Assembly: GCA_016190245.1 (NCBI GenBank)
Contig: JACPQY010000024.1
Span: forward strand, 121,620 to 185,619
Reading direction: 5' to 3'
DNA length: 64,000 nt
From: Nitrospirota bacterium
GTDB taxonomy: Bacteria; JACPQY01
Below the pieces are notes generated by a model that was not told the DNA's origin, did no database searches, and worked only from the letters and a program-made list of their open reading frames with translations. Each line of letters opens with the position of its first letter. The stretch's first letter is position 1. A program made the translations under genes and the position numbers. Positions 36,037 to 45,035 of the stretch are shown here, in pieces.

Positions 36037-36960
36037 ATGAAACGGCCCCTTCCTCACACCCGCCCCGCCCGCCGAATCGGGGTGTTGTCGGCGGGCCTCC
36101 TCTCCTTGTGCCTCACCGGCTGGGCCGGCTGCGGGGCAACCGAGCGCACAGTGGACAGCCCCATCCGGGTGATGACCTTCAACGTGCTGTGCTCCTTCTG
36201 CAACCTCGAGGACTTCGACCCCTGGGAGGAACGCCTCGCGTATTTCGCGGACATCCTGGCCCGTCACGACCCGGACCTCATCGGTCTGCAGGAGCTCATG
36301 CTCGCCTCTGAGGTCGAACAGCTTCGCACGCTCCGACCGGGATACGAGGCCGTTTTCTTCCACAATGAGCAGGGCCTGAAGGACTACCCGGACGCCACCA
36401 TACTGTACCGCTCGAGCCGCTACGAGCTTCTCGAATCGGGTTCGTATTGGCTCAGCCCAACCCCGGATGAGCCCTGGTCGGTCGGCTTCTCGAAAACGGC
36501 CCAACTCTTCCGGCTCGTCCTCTGGGCGCGGCTGGAAGACGAATCCCAAGGCCGGGAGCTCTTCTTCGTCACGACGCACTTCGACAACAACGCCCCAAGC
36601 CAAGATCTGAGCGCTCCCCTCCTACTTGAACGCACGGCCCCGATGGCCGACCGCCTACCGGTGGTGGTAACAGGCGACTTCAATTCCCAGACGTTCGATC
36701 CCGCCTATCACGTGCTCGTGGAAGGCCTCCCCGGCAGTGATTTCCGCTTCACGGACGCCTACGAGATCGCCTCGGAGCGGCGGATCGAAACGAACCTGGA
36801 CCCCCCACCGCCCTACGATGCCGTCGGCCGGATCGATCACATCTTCCTGGCCGGCCACGCCTGGCGCAGTCGCGAGTGGGCGGTGGACATGACAACCTAC
36901 GGATCCCGCAGCCGGTACCCATCGGATCACTTCCCCGTCGCCGCCGTTCTCGAATGGTAG
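36037..36960 (+). CDS. Endonuclease/exonuclease/phosphatase (EEP) family lipoprotein
   Basis: MKRPLPHTRPARRIGVLSAGLLSLCLTGWAGCG lipobox. EEP motifs IRVMTFNV, LIGLQEL, VVVTGDFNS, and C-terminal SDHFPV. Confidence 0.75.
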   Translation: MKRPLPHTRPARRIGVLSAGLLSLCLTGWAGCGATERTVDSPIRVMTFNVLCSFCNLEDFDPWEERLAYFADILARHDPDLIGLQELMLASEVEQLRTLRPGYEAVFFHNEQGLKDYPDATILYRSSRYELLESGSYWLSPTPDEPWSVGFSKTAQLFRLVLWARLEDESQGRELFFVTTHFDNNAPSQDLSAPLLLERTAPMADRLPVVVTGDFNSQTFDPAYHVLVEGLPGSDFRFTDAYEIASERRIETNLDPPPPYDAVGRIDHIFLAGHAWRSREWAVDMTTYGSRSRYPSDHFPVAAVLEW

Positions 36961-36964
36961 TCGA

Positions 36965-38200
36965 ATGCGGATCGTTCCCCTGCTTCTCCTCCTCCCCGCG
37001 CTACTCTCGTCCTGCGACAGCGGCAGAAGCACCGCCGACGGATTCCTCTGGGGCATCGTGTTCACACCGGGCGCGAACGGGCGGACGCTCGAGGCGCAGG
37101 CACGCGACATGAGCGACGCCGGCGCCAATGCCGCCAAGTTCTGGCTCGACTGGAGCCGTGTTCAGCCAACGGTTCTTCGCTTCGACGAGAGCCTCGTCCC
37201 CTCCACCACAGGCGCGCTCCCCACCCGCGAGGCCGTCCGCGCGGCGCCCCGGCTCATCGAGGCCTTCGCCCAACCCGAGTCGTCCGCCCTCCGAGAGTGG
37301 GTGGACTGGTCGTACTCCGATAAACTGATCGGCACGCTCTCCCGTGCGGGCCTCGCCGCCGTACCTCTTATCGCGGACGCCACCACCGCCCCCTTCCTCA
37401 CGGCCGACCGCGCGCGAAGGACCCGAATCGCCCCCGAGGAGCCACCCTGGAAGGATACGAGCGTGACCGATGCCATCGAATCGGGCTACGAAGGAATCGG
37501 ACGCGAGAACTACCTCGGACAGGTTCTCCTGTACACGGCGGCCGCGGCGCGACGGTACTCCCGCGGCAGCCTCGCCGTAGGTCTTTGGAACACGGAAAAC
37601 GAACTCAACTGGACGTACGTGCACGTCCTCGTGGCGGGGTGGCGCAAGGGCAACGCCTGGCTGGACGAGGGGTTCCTCACGGACCTCATGGCAACACTCG
37701 CGGAAGGGATTCACCTAGGTAACCCCGCCGCGCGCGTCACGATGAACCTCAACATCAGCGACCCCGATTGGCTTGCCGATCTTCGGACCTACGGGCCCCA
37801 CATGGATGTGATCGGCCTCGGCGCCTACCCGAACTACCTCTACGGCGAACCGATCCTGTCGGACCTCGTGGGCGCCGCAGTTGGGGACGCGCGGCGGGCC
37901 GGCCTGCCCGCCTCGGCGGGCAAGCCCGTGATGGTTTTGGAAACGGGCTACCCTTCGGGCCCCCCGGGCCGCGATTGGAGTCCGGAATACCAAGCCGAGT
38001 ATCTGAGGCGTGCCGCCGGGGGCGCGTGCCGCGAAGGCGCGGAAGGGTTTTTCTACTTCAAGCTGGACGACGAGGATCTCCCAAGGCAAGACGTCCAGGC
38101 GGTGGAGAACTACTGGGGACTGGTGGATGCGAGCGGAAACCGCAAGCCCTCGTTTCACGCCCTCACCGAAACCATCCGGGAGGTCTGCCCGCTCCCGTAG
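36965..38200 (+). CDS. Clan GH-A (TIM-barrel, GH5-like) glycoside hydrolase lipoprotein
   Basis: MRIVPLLLLLPALLSSCD lipobox. Candidate acid/base in GLWNTENELNW and nucleophile in VMVLETGYPS. The C-terminal tail ...NRKPSFHALTETIREVCPLP recurs as a remnant at 42926..42997. Confidence 0.6.
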   Translation: MRIVPLLLLLPALLSSCDSGRSTADGFLWGIVFTPGANGRTLEAQARDMSDAGANAAKFWLDWSRVQPTVLRFDESLVPSTTGALPTREAVRAAPRLIEAFAQPESSALREWVDWSYSDKLIGTLSRAGLAAVPLIADATTAPFLTADRARRTRIAPEEPPWKDTSVTDAIESGYEGIGRENYLGQVLLYTAAAARRYSRGSLAVGLWNTENELNWTYVHVLVAGWRKGNAWLDEGFLTDLMATLAEGIHLGNPAARVTMNLNISDPDWLADLRTYGPHMDVIGLGAYPNYLYGEPILSDLVGAAVGDARRAGLPASAGKPVMVLETGYPSGPPGRDWSPEYQAEYLRRAAGGACREGAEGFFYFKLDDEDLPRQDVQAVENYWGLVDASGNRKPSFHALTETIREVCPLP

Positions 38201-38280
38201 TGGGAGGCAGAGCAGCGCCTTCACTTGACAGAGAAAGCCCCATTGCGAACGATTCGCCGAGCTTGGGAACTCAAGTCACT

Positions 38281-40854
38281 TTGAGAGATCGAGCACTTCT
38301 CTTCACCCTCGCCTGCTTGGCTGTGTTCGGACTGGCCATAGGGATCCGCCTGACCGCATTCTCCCAATACCCAGCCTTGTTCGACGCGCCGGGCTACGTG
38401 AACCACCTGGACTGGAACCGGCTGGATTGGCTCGGAGGCGGAAGCTTTGAAGAAGCCAGGAGACACCTCTACCACCTCCTGGGTTTTGCAACGTCAAGCC
38501 TCGTCCGGCGGTTCGCCGATGTCCGGAGCGAATACGTCCTGGGTTGGCTCTCGGCTGCGGCGGGGTCAGGAGCGCTCGTGTTTCTCTATCTCCTGGTTCG
38601 CCACCTCACATCGGAGTCTTGGACGGCTCTCCTGACCGTCCTCGTGGCCGGCCTCATACCGCGGGCCTTGGGGTTGGATCTCGTGGGCAACCCCCATTCC
38701 GTTTCCTACTTTTTCTACATGATGAGCCTCTGGGCATGGACTCGATGTGTGCTTCCTCCAAGCACGGGAAGGGCGGGGGTCCCGTCGAACGAAACGTCGC
38801 AAAGGAACCTCGGACGGGCCGCTTTCGCGGGACTCCTTCTGGGCTGCAGTTACGCGACTCACCTCTCCATTGCGCCATGGTTGATCGGTCACTTTGCCGT
38901 CACCCTCCAAGGCATCCTGAGTGCACCGGGTGGAATCCGCGCCAAGTGCCGCGCCGGTTGCCGGTTGGCCGCCAAGATCGCCACGGGGGCGGCGGCGGCG
39001 CTCGGCATGGTCTCCGCTGTGGGTGTCAGTTCGTTCTTCCTCGCTCCGCCATGGGACAAGCCCACGGCGCGGGACATCTACGCTAGTCTCCTCGCCCGGC
39101 ACGGCGCCTCGCTCAGCAACTTGACCATGCCGGGCAGCTTGCTTGCCTCCGCGGAACGCATCATCGAGTCGGTCACGCTGCTGACTGCCGCCTTCGCTAT
39201 CCTGGGCATCATGTTCCGGAAACCCAAGTCGGGTCCCTATTGGACGTTTCTACTGTTGTTGGTCCCGTTGCCCTATGCACAGCTTCTGGCACATCCACTC
39301 AATTGGTATGGACGGTTCACGGTGCCCGGCCTCTACGTCATTGGTTTCTGGGCCGCCGCGTTCGTCACTGCGTGTTTTCGCAGCCGGTCCCGCCTCGCAC
39401 GCGGTTGCGGCGTCGTGGCGGCCGGCCTCTTGATCGGAAACCTGATTGGCGCCTCTATTCCGCTTGCGCTGGGAATGCGAGCCCCTTCTTTGCCCATCCA
39501 ACTGCGGGACCTCGCGAAGAAATTGCCACCGGATCAGGTCTTGCTCTATCCCGAACCCGTGCGAACGTTCATGGACTTCAAGTGGGTCTATCAAGGGGAG
39601 CGTATCATGGTGAGCTGGTTCGGTCCTGCACATCACGACAGAATCCGGGAGTTCCTCGCGGCGGGGAAACGAGTCTTCGCGGACTATTCTCTCCTCAACA
39701 TGCCGGCCCGCGCCTACGACGGCTACTACAGTCTTGAACATTTCGTGCCGGACCAAGCAGTCTCGGCCACGCTCGACATCGCGAACCTCTGGAAAGAGTA
39801 CGAGGCCCGGCCAGTGCTTGCATCGGATGCCGGGAGCGGTCTCGTGTACTACGAACTGCGGAAGCCGGGAGCCACAACTACGGGGAGTCTCATCGATCCC
39901 CACGCGAAGAGTGACCTTGGAGACAATGCCGTGCTCTACGTCTCCGTCCGCGATTCGCGGGCTACACCGGTTGTGGGCGGCATCGTCTGCATCTATCTCT
40001 CGGAACCTCAGCACCGCCATTCCCCCCTGAGCTTCGCCCAGCTCGACCCGGCCATTCGACTCGGCTACCTTCTGATGGGAGCGAGGGACGCCCACGTATG
40101 CGGGCGGACCGGACCGGACGGCGTGGTTTCCCTCGTTGTGGCGGCCAACGCGGTCGAGACGGTGCAACTCGGTCTCTTCACGGATCACCGGAGCACCCTC
40201 GGCATTCAAACCTACCCCTTTCTCCCCTCCCGGAAGATTCAGCTCAGGCAGCAGGCGTCGCCCGAATCCTCGGCCGAGGAGGCCCTAGGGGATCCGGGAA
40301 TAACAGCGGTGGCCGTGTATCCCTCCGATGACACGGCCAGACCCCTCCCACCGCGTATCGTTCTCCGATATGCCCCGCCCGAGCGTCTGGAGCAGTATCG
40401 CCTCGAGGCCGAGACATCCGCTCTGCATCACGGAATCATCGTGCGGGATGAGGCCGCCAGCGGCGGTCGGGCGATCAAACTCGCCCAGGAGGTTCCGGGG
40501 TCTATGCCCGCCTGGGGCCCGTACATCCCTCTTCCGCCAAGACGGTTCCGGGCGATCTTTCGACTACGCTACGAGCGATCATCTGCCTTCCATCGCTACA
40601 CCGACCATCGGCCGATTACCGTCGCAAACGTCTTTCACACCGGACACAAGGTCGACGCGCGGCTGCCCATCTGGCCAGCCGATCGCCGGGAGAAACCCGA
40701 ATATCGCGGGTTCGAAATCGAGTTCGAATCGGACGGCACGGGACATTGGGAGTTCCGTCTCACGGAGCGAGACCCACGGGCCATCATCTATCTTGACAGC
40801 GTCGATGTCCTTCCTGCGACGAATGCCGAGCAGATACCGCCTCCACCTGAGTAA
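38281..40854 (+). CDS. Polytopic membrane protein with N-terminal PMT/ArnT-like (GT-C, DUF2723-like) transmembrane domain and large C-terminal extracytoplasmic domain
   Basis: The track ORF 37768..40854 overlaps the upstream GH gene, so the start is placed at the in-frame TTG at 38281 (...LRDRALLFTLACLAVFGLAIGIRL). About 10 TM segments follow, then about 450 aa of soluble domain. The start codon is uncertain. Confidence 0.55.
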   Translation: MRDRALLFTLACLAVFGLAIGIRLTAFSQYPALFDAPGYVNHLDWNRLDWLGGGSFEEARRHLYHLLGFATSSLVRRFADVRSEYVLGWLSAAAGSGALVFLYLLVRHLTSESWTALLTVLVAGLIPRALGLDLVGNPHSVSYFFYMMSLWAWTRCVLPPSTGRAGVPSNETSQRNLGRAAFAGLLLGCSYATHLSIAPWLIGHFAVTLQGILSAPGGIRAKCRAGCRLAAKIATGAAAALGMVSAVGVSSFFLAPPWDKPTARDIYASLLARHGASLSNLTMPGSLLASAERIIESVTLLTAAFAILGIMFRKPKSGPYWTFLLLLVPLPYAQLLAHPLNWYGRFTVPGLYVIGFWAAAFVTACFRSRSRLARGCGVVAAGLLIGNLIGASIPLALGMRAPSLPIQLRDLAKKLPPDQVLLYPEPVRTFMDFKWVYQGERIMVSWFGPAHHDRIREFLAAGKRVFADYSLLNMPARAYDGYYSLEHFVPDQAVSATLDIANLWKEYEARPVLASDAGSGLVYYELRKPGATTTGSLIDPHAKSDLGDNAVLYVSVRDSRATPVVGGIVCIYLSEPQHRHSPLSFAQLDPAIRLGYLLMGARDAHVCGRTGPDGVVSLVVAANAVETVQLGLFTDHRSTLGIQTYPFLPSRKIQLRQQASPESSAEEALGDPGITAVAVYPSDDTARPLPPRIVLRYAPPERLEQYRLEAETSALHHGIIVRDEAASGGRAIKLAQEVPGSMPAWGPYIPLPPRRFRAIFRLRYERSSAFHRYTDHRPITVANVFHTGHKVDARLPIWPADRREKPEYRGFEIEFESDGTGHWEFRLTERDPRAIIYLDSVDVLPATNAEQIPPPPE

Positions 40855-41123
40855 ACGATCTCTCGTACGGAAGAGGCCTCGAGACACAGGTCTACGGAAG
40901 CCGCGGCGACCTTGCCGCTCGGACGCACCTTCGGCAACGCCACGGCGGTAGTGCTCCGAATCCTCTACACAGATCGGGCGAGTTGGCCCGAAGGGCCCTC
41001 CCGGCGCCAGGGGTTGGGGCGTGCCGGCAGACTGATCCTGGTCTCCATTGCCCCGGGGTGGCCCGAACAACATCCCCGAGCATCGAAATGGCAGGACGCG
41101 CATTCTTTCGCTATCATCCATCC

Positions 41124-42869
41124 ATGGGGCCGTGGCGGAGGACCGCGCACCTACTGCATCTCGCAGTGTTCCTCACCGTGGTCGCCTGCGGGAAAAGTCG
41201 AACATCACAGTCCGAGGAAGCAGTCAGCCAGCCCCAGCCGATCGCCTCGGACCAACTCGGAGACCCCACCGAGACGAGACCGCCCGAGCGCACAGCGATC
41301 GAGCTCCGGGTGGTCGTAGAGCCCTCTGATCTCGTCCTGGGCCAAGAGGCTGAAGTGCGTCTGACGCTGCTGTATTCGGATGGGACGGAGGAGTCTCTCC
41401 CGACACCCTACTGTGCCAGCTCCGATCTGAACGTTCTGACGTTTGCTTCCGAGATCGGCTACGTGCAAGCCATAGGCAGGGGCTCCGCCAAACTCACCTG
41501 CTGGCGTTACGACCTCATGGCCCAGATCAGCCTGAAGGTCGTTGATCCCCAACCTCCAGCCACCCAGGAGCCCGCCGCGCCACCGCCCGCCCCAGCCACA
41601 GCCCCAGAGCCCAAGCTGATCCTGGAACCCACATCGGGCGCAGCGCCTCTCGAAGTGGACACATTCCTGATAGCCGCTGCCTCCTGCCCGATGTCCTCCC
41701 ATGATCTTACCTCTATCGACCTGTCCACTGATTGGGGTGACGGCCAGCACGGAAAGGGTTCGCACCGGTACGTGGCCGCGGGGACGTTTTCCGCATGCAG
41801 CAGGACAGAATGTATTGGGCGCTTCACGGGCAAGAAACTACTGGAGCCCCCCGCCTGTGCCGCTGTGGTCGTGAGGCCAGCGGCGCGAGCGGCGATACGA
41901 ATCGCCGTGGGGCGGGCACATGTTTGCGCCCTCTTGGACGGTGGGAGCGCCTATTGCTGGGGGGAGAACGACCAGGGTCAGGCCGACGGGAAGCCCGGTC
42001 AACCCCTCTCCCAACCGGTTCTGGTTGACACAGGGGGCCCCGTATCTCATGTGACGACGGGGGACGACCACACGTGCGCCATCCTGGACGACCAACAGGT
42101 GGCCTGCTGGGGCAAGAACGAGAGGGGCCAACTGGGCAGGGGCATGTTCGGCGGTAGCGCCGGGGCTGTGGCCACCGTGCCAGCCTTGGACAAGGTTGTT
42201 GATCTGAGCGCGGGCGGCGCGCACACGTGCGCCGTGCTTGAAGATGGCACCGTCCATTGCTGGGGGGCGAACCAAGCCGGTCAGCTTGGCGATGGGACGA
42301 CCGTTGATCGGGCCGGACCGGTGGCCGTGTCGAACCTCACAGAGGTGGTTCGGATTGCAGCGGGAGGCAACCACTCGTGCGCCCTACACCACTCGGGCAC
42401 GGTCTCCTGCTGGGGTCGGAACGCCAACGGTCAGCTCGGCAATGGCAGCAACGGAGATTCGACGACGGCGGTGGAGGTGACGGGGATGCAAGCCACGCTC
42501 GTGTCTGTGGGGGAAAAGCACTCGTGCGCCGTTGACCGCCAGGATTCGGTGTGGTGCTGGGGGGCCAACGACGCCTATCAACTCGGCACGGGCGAAACCA
42601 AAGATTCATCCCAACCTGTGCAACCCATTCCAAGCGTGAACGCAACACGCCTGGCTGCCGGGGAAGTACAGACCTGCGCTCACCGAGCAAATGATTTCCT
42701 GTCTTGCTGGGGCAAGGGATTCGCAGAACAGCCTCTGGTCCACACGTCCCTCGGCCCGCCACGCGTCGCCGCAGCGTCCGTCCGCTCCAGTCGCACCTGC
42801 GTGATCTTCACCGGCGGCCTCGTCCGCTGCTCCGATACACCGGCGAACGAGGTCATCAACTTCCCGTAG
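41124..42869 (+). CDS. Lipoprotein with a Big_2 Ig-like domain and a six-repeat RCC1-type beta-propeller
   Basis: MGPWRRTAHLLHLAVFLTVVACG lipobox. Big_2 domain LRVVVEPSDLVLGQEAEVRLTLLYSDGTEE...AKLTCW. RCC1 repeats HVCALLDGGSAYCWGENDQGQ, HTCAILDDQQVACWGKNERGQLG, HTCAVLEDGTVHCWGANQAGQLG, HSCALHHSGTVSCWGRNANGQLG, HSCAVDRQDSVWCWGANDAYQLG, QTCAHRANDFLSCWG. Confidence 0.75.
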   Translation: MGPWRRTAHLLHLAVFLTVVACGKSRTSQSEEAVSQPQPIASDQLGDPTETRPPERTAIELRVVVEPSDLVLGQEAEVRLTLLYSDGTEESLPTPYCASSDLNVLTFASEIGYVQAIGRGSAKLTCWRYDLMAQISLKVVDPQPPATQEPAAPPPAPATAPEPKLILEPTSGAAPLEVDTFLIAAASCPMSSHDLTSIDLSTDWGDGQHGKGSHRYVAAGTFSACSRTECIGRFTGKKLLEPPACAAVVVRPAARAAIRIAVGRAHVCALLDGGSAYCWGENDQGQADGKPGQPLSQPVLVDTGGPVSHVTTGDDHTCAILDDQQVACWGKNERGQLGRGMFGGSAGAVATVPALDKVVDLSAGGAHTCAVLEDGTVHCWGANQAGQLGDGTTVDRAGPVAVSNLTEVVRIAAGGNHSCALHHSGTVSCWGRNANGQLGNGSNGDSTTAVEVTGMQATLVSVGEKHSCAVDRQDSVWCWGANDAYQLGTGETKDSSQPVQPIPSVNATRLAAGEVQTCAHRANDFLSCWGKGFAEQPLVHTSLGPPRVAAASVRSSRTCVIFTGGLVRCSDTPANEVINFP

Positions 42870-42925
42870 GGCCAACCGGGATCGCAGCCGCCGACGCGGC
42901 ATGTGGCTCTCGGGGCCCCGTGATC

Positions 42926-42997
42926 GCCAAGGACAACCGCAAGCCGTCCTCCCACGCCCTCCAAGAGGCCATCCGAACCGGCTGCCCGCTTCCGTAG
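42926..42997 (+). pseudogene. Remnant of the C-terminus of a clan GH-A hydrolase paralogue
   Basis: ...IAKDNRKPSSHALQEAIRTGCPLP* parallels the last residues ...SGNRKPSFHALTETIREVCPLP* of the 36965..38200 product. No upstream catalytic region is present. Confidence 0.4.
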
Positions 42998-43024
42998 GAT
43001 GCAACCCGGAACTCGCCAAACGCT

Positions 43025-43546
43025 TTGACACGCCCCCGTGGCAGGCGGACAATAGTGCCGATGTCTGCTGATCGGCAGGCTTCAACGGTCGGATTCGGTC
43101 GCCGGATCCTCAGCCCGACGCCATGGCCTTGGGCGTGGACCCTCGTAGCGCTGTGGGGTTTCCATGCCGCAGCATGCACCTACAGCCGAATCGCCGAAGT
43201 GCCACAGCCTCTCAAGACCTCGGGGAATTTGCCCATCTCGGGCGCGGTGGAGGCCAATCTCGGACCGTTCGTGACGGGCGAGGTGTGCCGTTCCCGCGTC
43301 TTCTTCTGGGGCAGCGGGAAGGCTTCCATCGGCTACGCCATGCAGGATGCCCTCTCGAAGTCCCAGGGTTCGCACACGCTCTTCAACCCCATCATCGAGA
43401 AACAGATGTGGGAGTTCCTCGTCTGGGGCAAGCGATGCGTCATCGTCTCCGGGCAGGCCGTTCAGTTCGTCGTCAAGAAAACCGCCCTCAAGAAAGCGCC
43501 TCCGCCGCCCTCTCAGGAAGCGCCGCCGCCTTCCTCCGCGCCCTGA
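43025..43546 (+). CDS. Hypothetical exported protein with Pro-rich C-terminus
   Basis: 173-aa ORF with a hydrophobic segment WPWAWTLVALWGFHAAAC (possible lipobox) and coding-like composition. No recognised domain. Confidence 0.45.
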   Translation: MTRPRGRRTIVPMSADRQASTVGFGRRILSPTPWPWAWTLVALWGFHAAACTYSRIAEVPQPLKTSGNLPISGAVEANLGPFVTGEVCRSRVFFWGSGKASIGYAMQDALSKSQGSHTLFNPIIEKQMWEFLVWGKRCVIVSGQAVQFVVKKTALKKAPPPPSQEAPPPSSAP

Positions 43547-43626
43547 TCCGTCGCTGAGGCGGCGTCCCCCACCCGCTCACGAAGACACGCGCGCCTGTGG
43601 CGAGGGGGCTGTCGCACACCCCCCCC

Positions 43627-43654
43627 TTGACAGGCCGGACCCATGGTCTATAAT
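43627..43654 (+). promoter_or_regulatory. Perfect sigma70 consensus promoter TTGACA-16 nt-TATAAT; start codon 8 nt downstream (leaderless); 13-bp direct repeat ctataattcgacc x2 overlapping the -10 and codons 2-6
   Basis: TTGACA at 43627-43632, TATAAT at 43649-43654, ATG at 43662. Direct repeats at 43648-43660 and 43666-43678. Confidence 0.6.
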
Positions 43655-43661
43655 TCGACCA

Positions 43662-44447
43662 ATGGACTATAATTCGACCGCAAGTCAGGTCATCGCCCTG
43701 CCGGATCGGAAACAGCGCGAGAGGGAAGCGCGGGGCGATCTCATCCTCGAAGCGGCCCAGCAGGTGTTCGAAGAAAAGGGCTACCAGGCCGCGACGATGG
43801 CGGACATCGCCGAGCGGGCCGGCTTCGGAAAGAGCTCCATCTATTTCTATTTCAAGAGCAAGGACGAGATCTACGTCACTCTCATCGTCGAGGGACTCAA
43901 GGAACTCCGCGCCAAAGTCCTCGCCCGGATCGCCTCCACCGACACCGTGCAGGAGAAGATCAATGTGATCCTCACCGCGTTCATGGATTTCCTCCGGGGA
44001 CGCCGGAGCTACTACGATGCGCTCGTCCTCTTCTACCCCGAGGACAGCCCCGCCACCCTCCCCGCTGAGCTCGAAGAGGCTTGGGGACGGGAGATCCTGA
44101 CGAGCATCGAGTTGCTGGCCTCGATCGTGGACGCACTGCAGCCCCCGGCTCGCCGCGACATCCGCGAGGCCCGGCAGCGCGTGTTCATCGTCGTCGGCGC
44201 CTGCCTCGGAATCTACAGCCTCACGCAATCGCGCTCCAAGGCCCTGCGCAATCGCCTGGACTACGATCGCCTCATGGAAATTGTTCGAAATGAAGTCGTG
44301 CCGGCGCTCTTCCGACTCGACGGATGGGCCACCGGCGCGCGATCCACACCGCCGTCCGCCTTATCGTCCCCCCCCCGGCGGCGTCACTCCCCGGTGAGGA
44401 CAAAGAGCGGATCCCAATCACGAAGGAGGAACCATGGTCCAAGTTGA
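43662..44447 (+). CDS. TetR/AcrR-family transcriptional regulator
   Basis: N-terminal HTH ...REARGDLILEAAQQVFEEKGYQAATMADIAERAGFGKSSIYFYFKSKDEIYVTL. The likely core is about 215 aa. The ORF stays open to 44447 and overlaps the next gene, so the C-terminal 40 aa (R/S/P-rich) may not be real. Confidence 0.8.
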   Translation: MDYNSTASQVIALPDRKQREREARGDLILEAAQQVFEEKGYQAATMADIAERAGFGKSSIYFYFKSKDEIYVTLIVEGLKELRAKVLARIASTDTVQEKINVILTAFMDFLRGRRSYYDALVLFYPEDSPATLPAELEEAWGREILTSIELLASIVDALQPPARRDIREARQRVFIVVGACLGIYSLTQSRSKALRNRLDYDRLMEIVRNEVVPALFRLDGWATGARSTPPSALSSPPRRRHSPVRTKSGSQSRRRNHGPS

Positions 44448-45027
44448 CGTGTTCTGGACGTTCGCGATCGGCTCCTCGTTCGCGGCCGCCGCCTCGCGGC
44501 AGCTCAAGAACGAGAAGAAGCCCTACGTGAACAAGTATTTTGTGTACACGCTCGTCTTTCTCTCCGTCCTCTTCGCCCCCTCGGGCGTGTATCTCCTTTG
44601 GGCGTTCCCAGGGTGGGAAACGATGTTCATGCTCGATCGCAACGTCCACCCGAGCATACCCTGCATCTTCGCCGCCACGAACATCCTGTTCGGGATCCTC
44701 GGCTGGAGGATGGCCTACGGCTACATCAAGAAAGGCCAACCCGGCGCCGTCCATCGGCTGTACCTGTTCGGGTACGCCATGATGTTCGGGATCCTCGGTT
44801 TCGGCTGGAAGCGATTCTTCTACTCCGGGACGATCGAGGAATGGCGCGCGGGCGTTCCGTACAGCGTGTCCGCGTGGTTCACGTCGGACGTGGCCCTCGC
44901 CCTCCTCGTCATGGGCGTGATCATCGCCCCGCCGCTCATCTACCCCTATCGCGCGTGGCCGCGTGAGGGCAAGGCCCTCTCCCTGACCACCCGGGTGCCG
45001 CACGGCGCTGCGCCGCGACCCGCCTGA
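44434..45027 (+). CDS. Hypothetical integral membrane protein (4-5 TM)
   Basis: 197 aa with hydrophobic helices (YTLVFLSVLFAPSGVYLLWAF, IFAATNILFGILGW, LYLFGYAMMFGILGFGW, VALALLVMGVIIAPPLIY). Translationally coupled to the TetR gene. Confidence 0.6.
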   Translation: MVQVDVFWTFAIGSSFAAAASRQLKNEKKPYVNKYFVYTLVFLSVLFAPSGVYLLWAFPGWETMFMLDRNVHPSIPCIFAATNILFGILGWRMAYGYIKKGQPGAVHRLYLFGYAMMFGILGFGWKRFFYSGTIEEWRAGVPYSVSAWFTSDVALALLVMGVIIAPPLIYPYRAWPREGKALSLTTRVPHGAAPRPA

Positions 45028-45035
45028 AGCGGAAC

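Noticed and set aside
37768-38280. 5-prime extension of the membrane-protein ORF (track start 37768), which would overlap the upstream glycoside hydrolase gene by ~430 nt
   Set aside because: The overlapped segment translates to R/P/G-rich sequence, and the GH gene in the other frame is well supported. The start was moved to the in-frame TTG at 38281 just after the GH stop, though the exact start remains uncertain.
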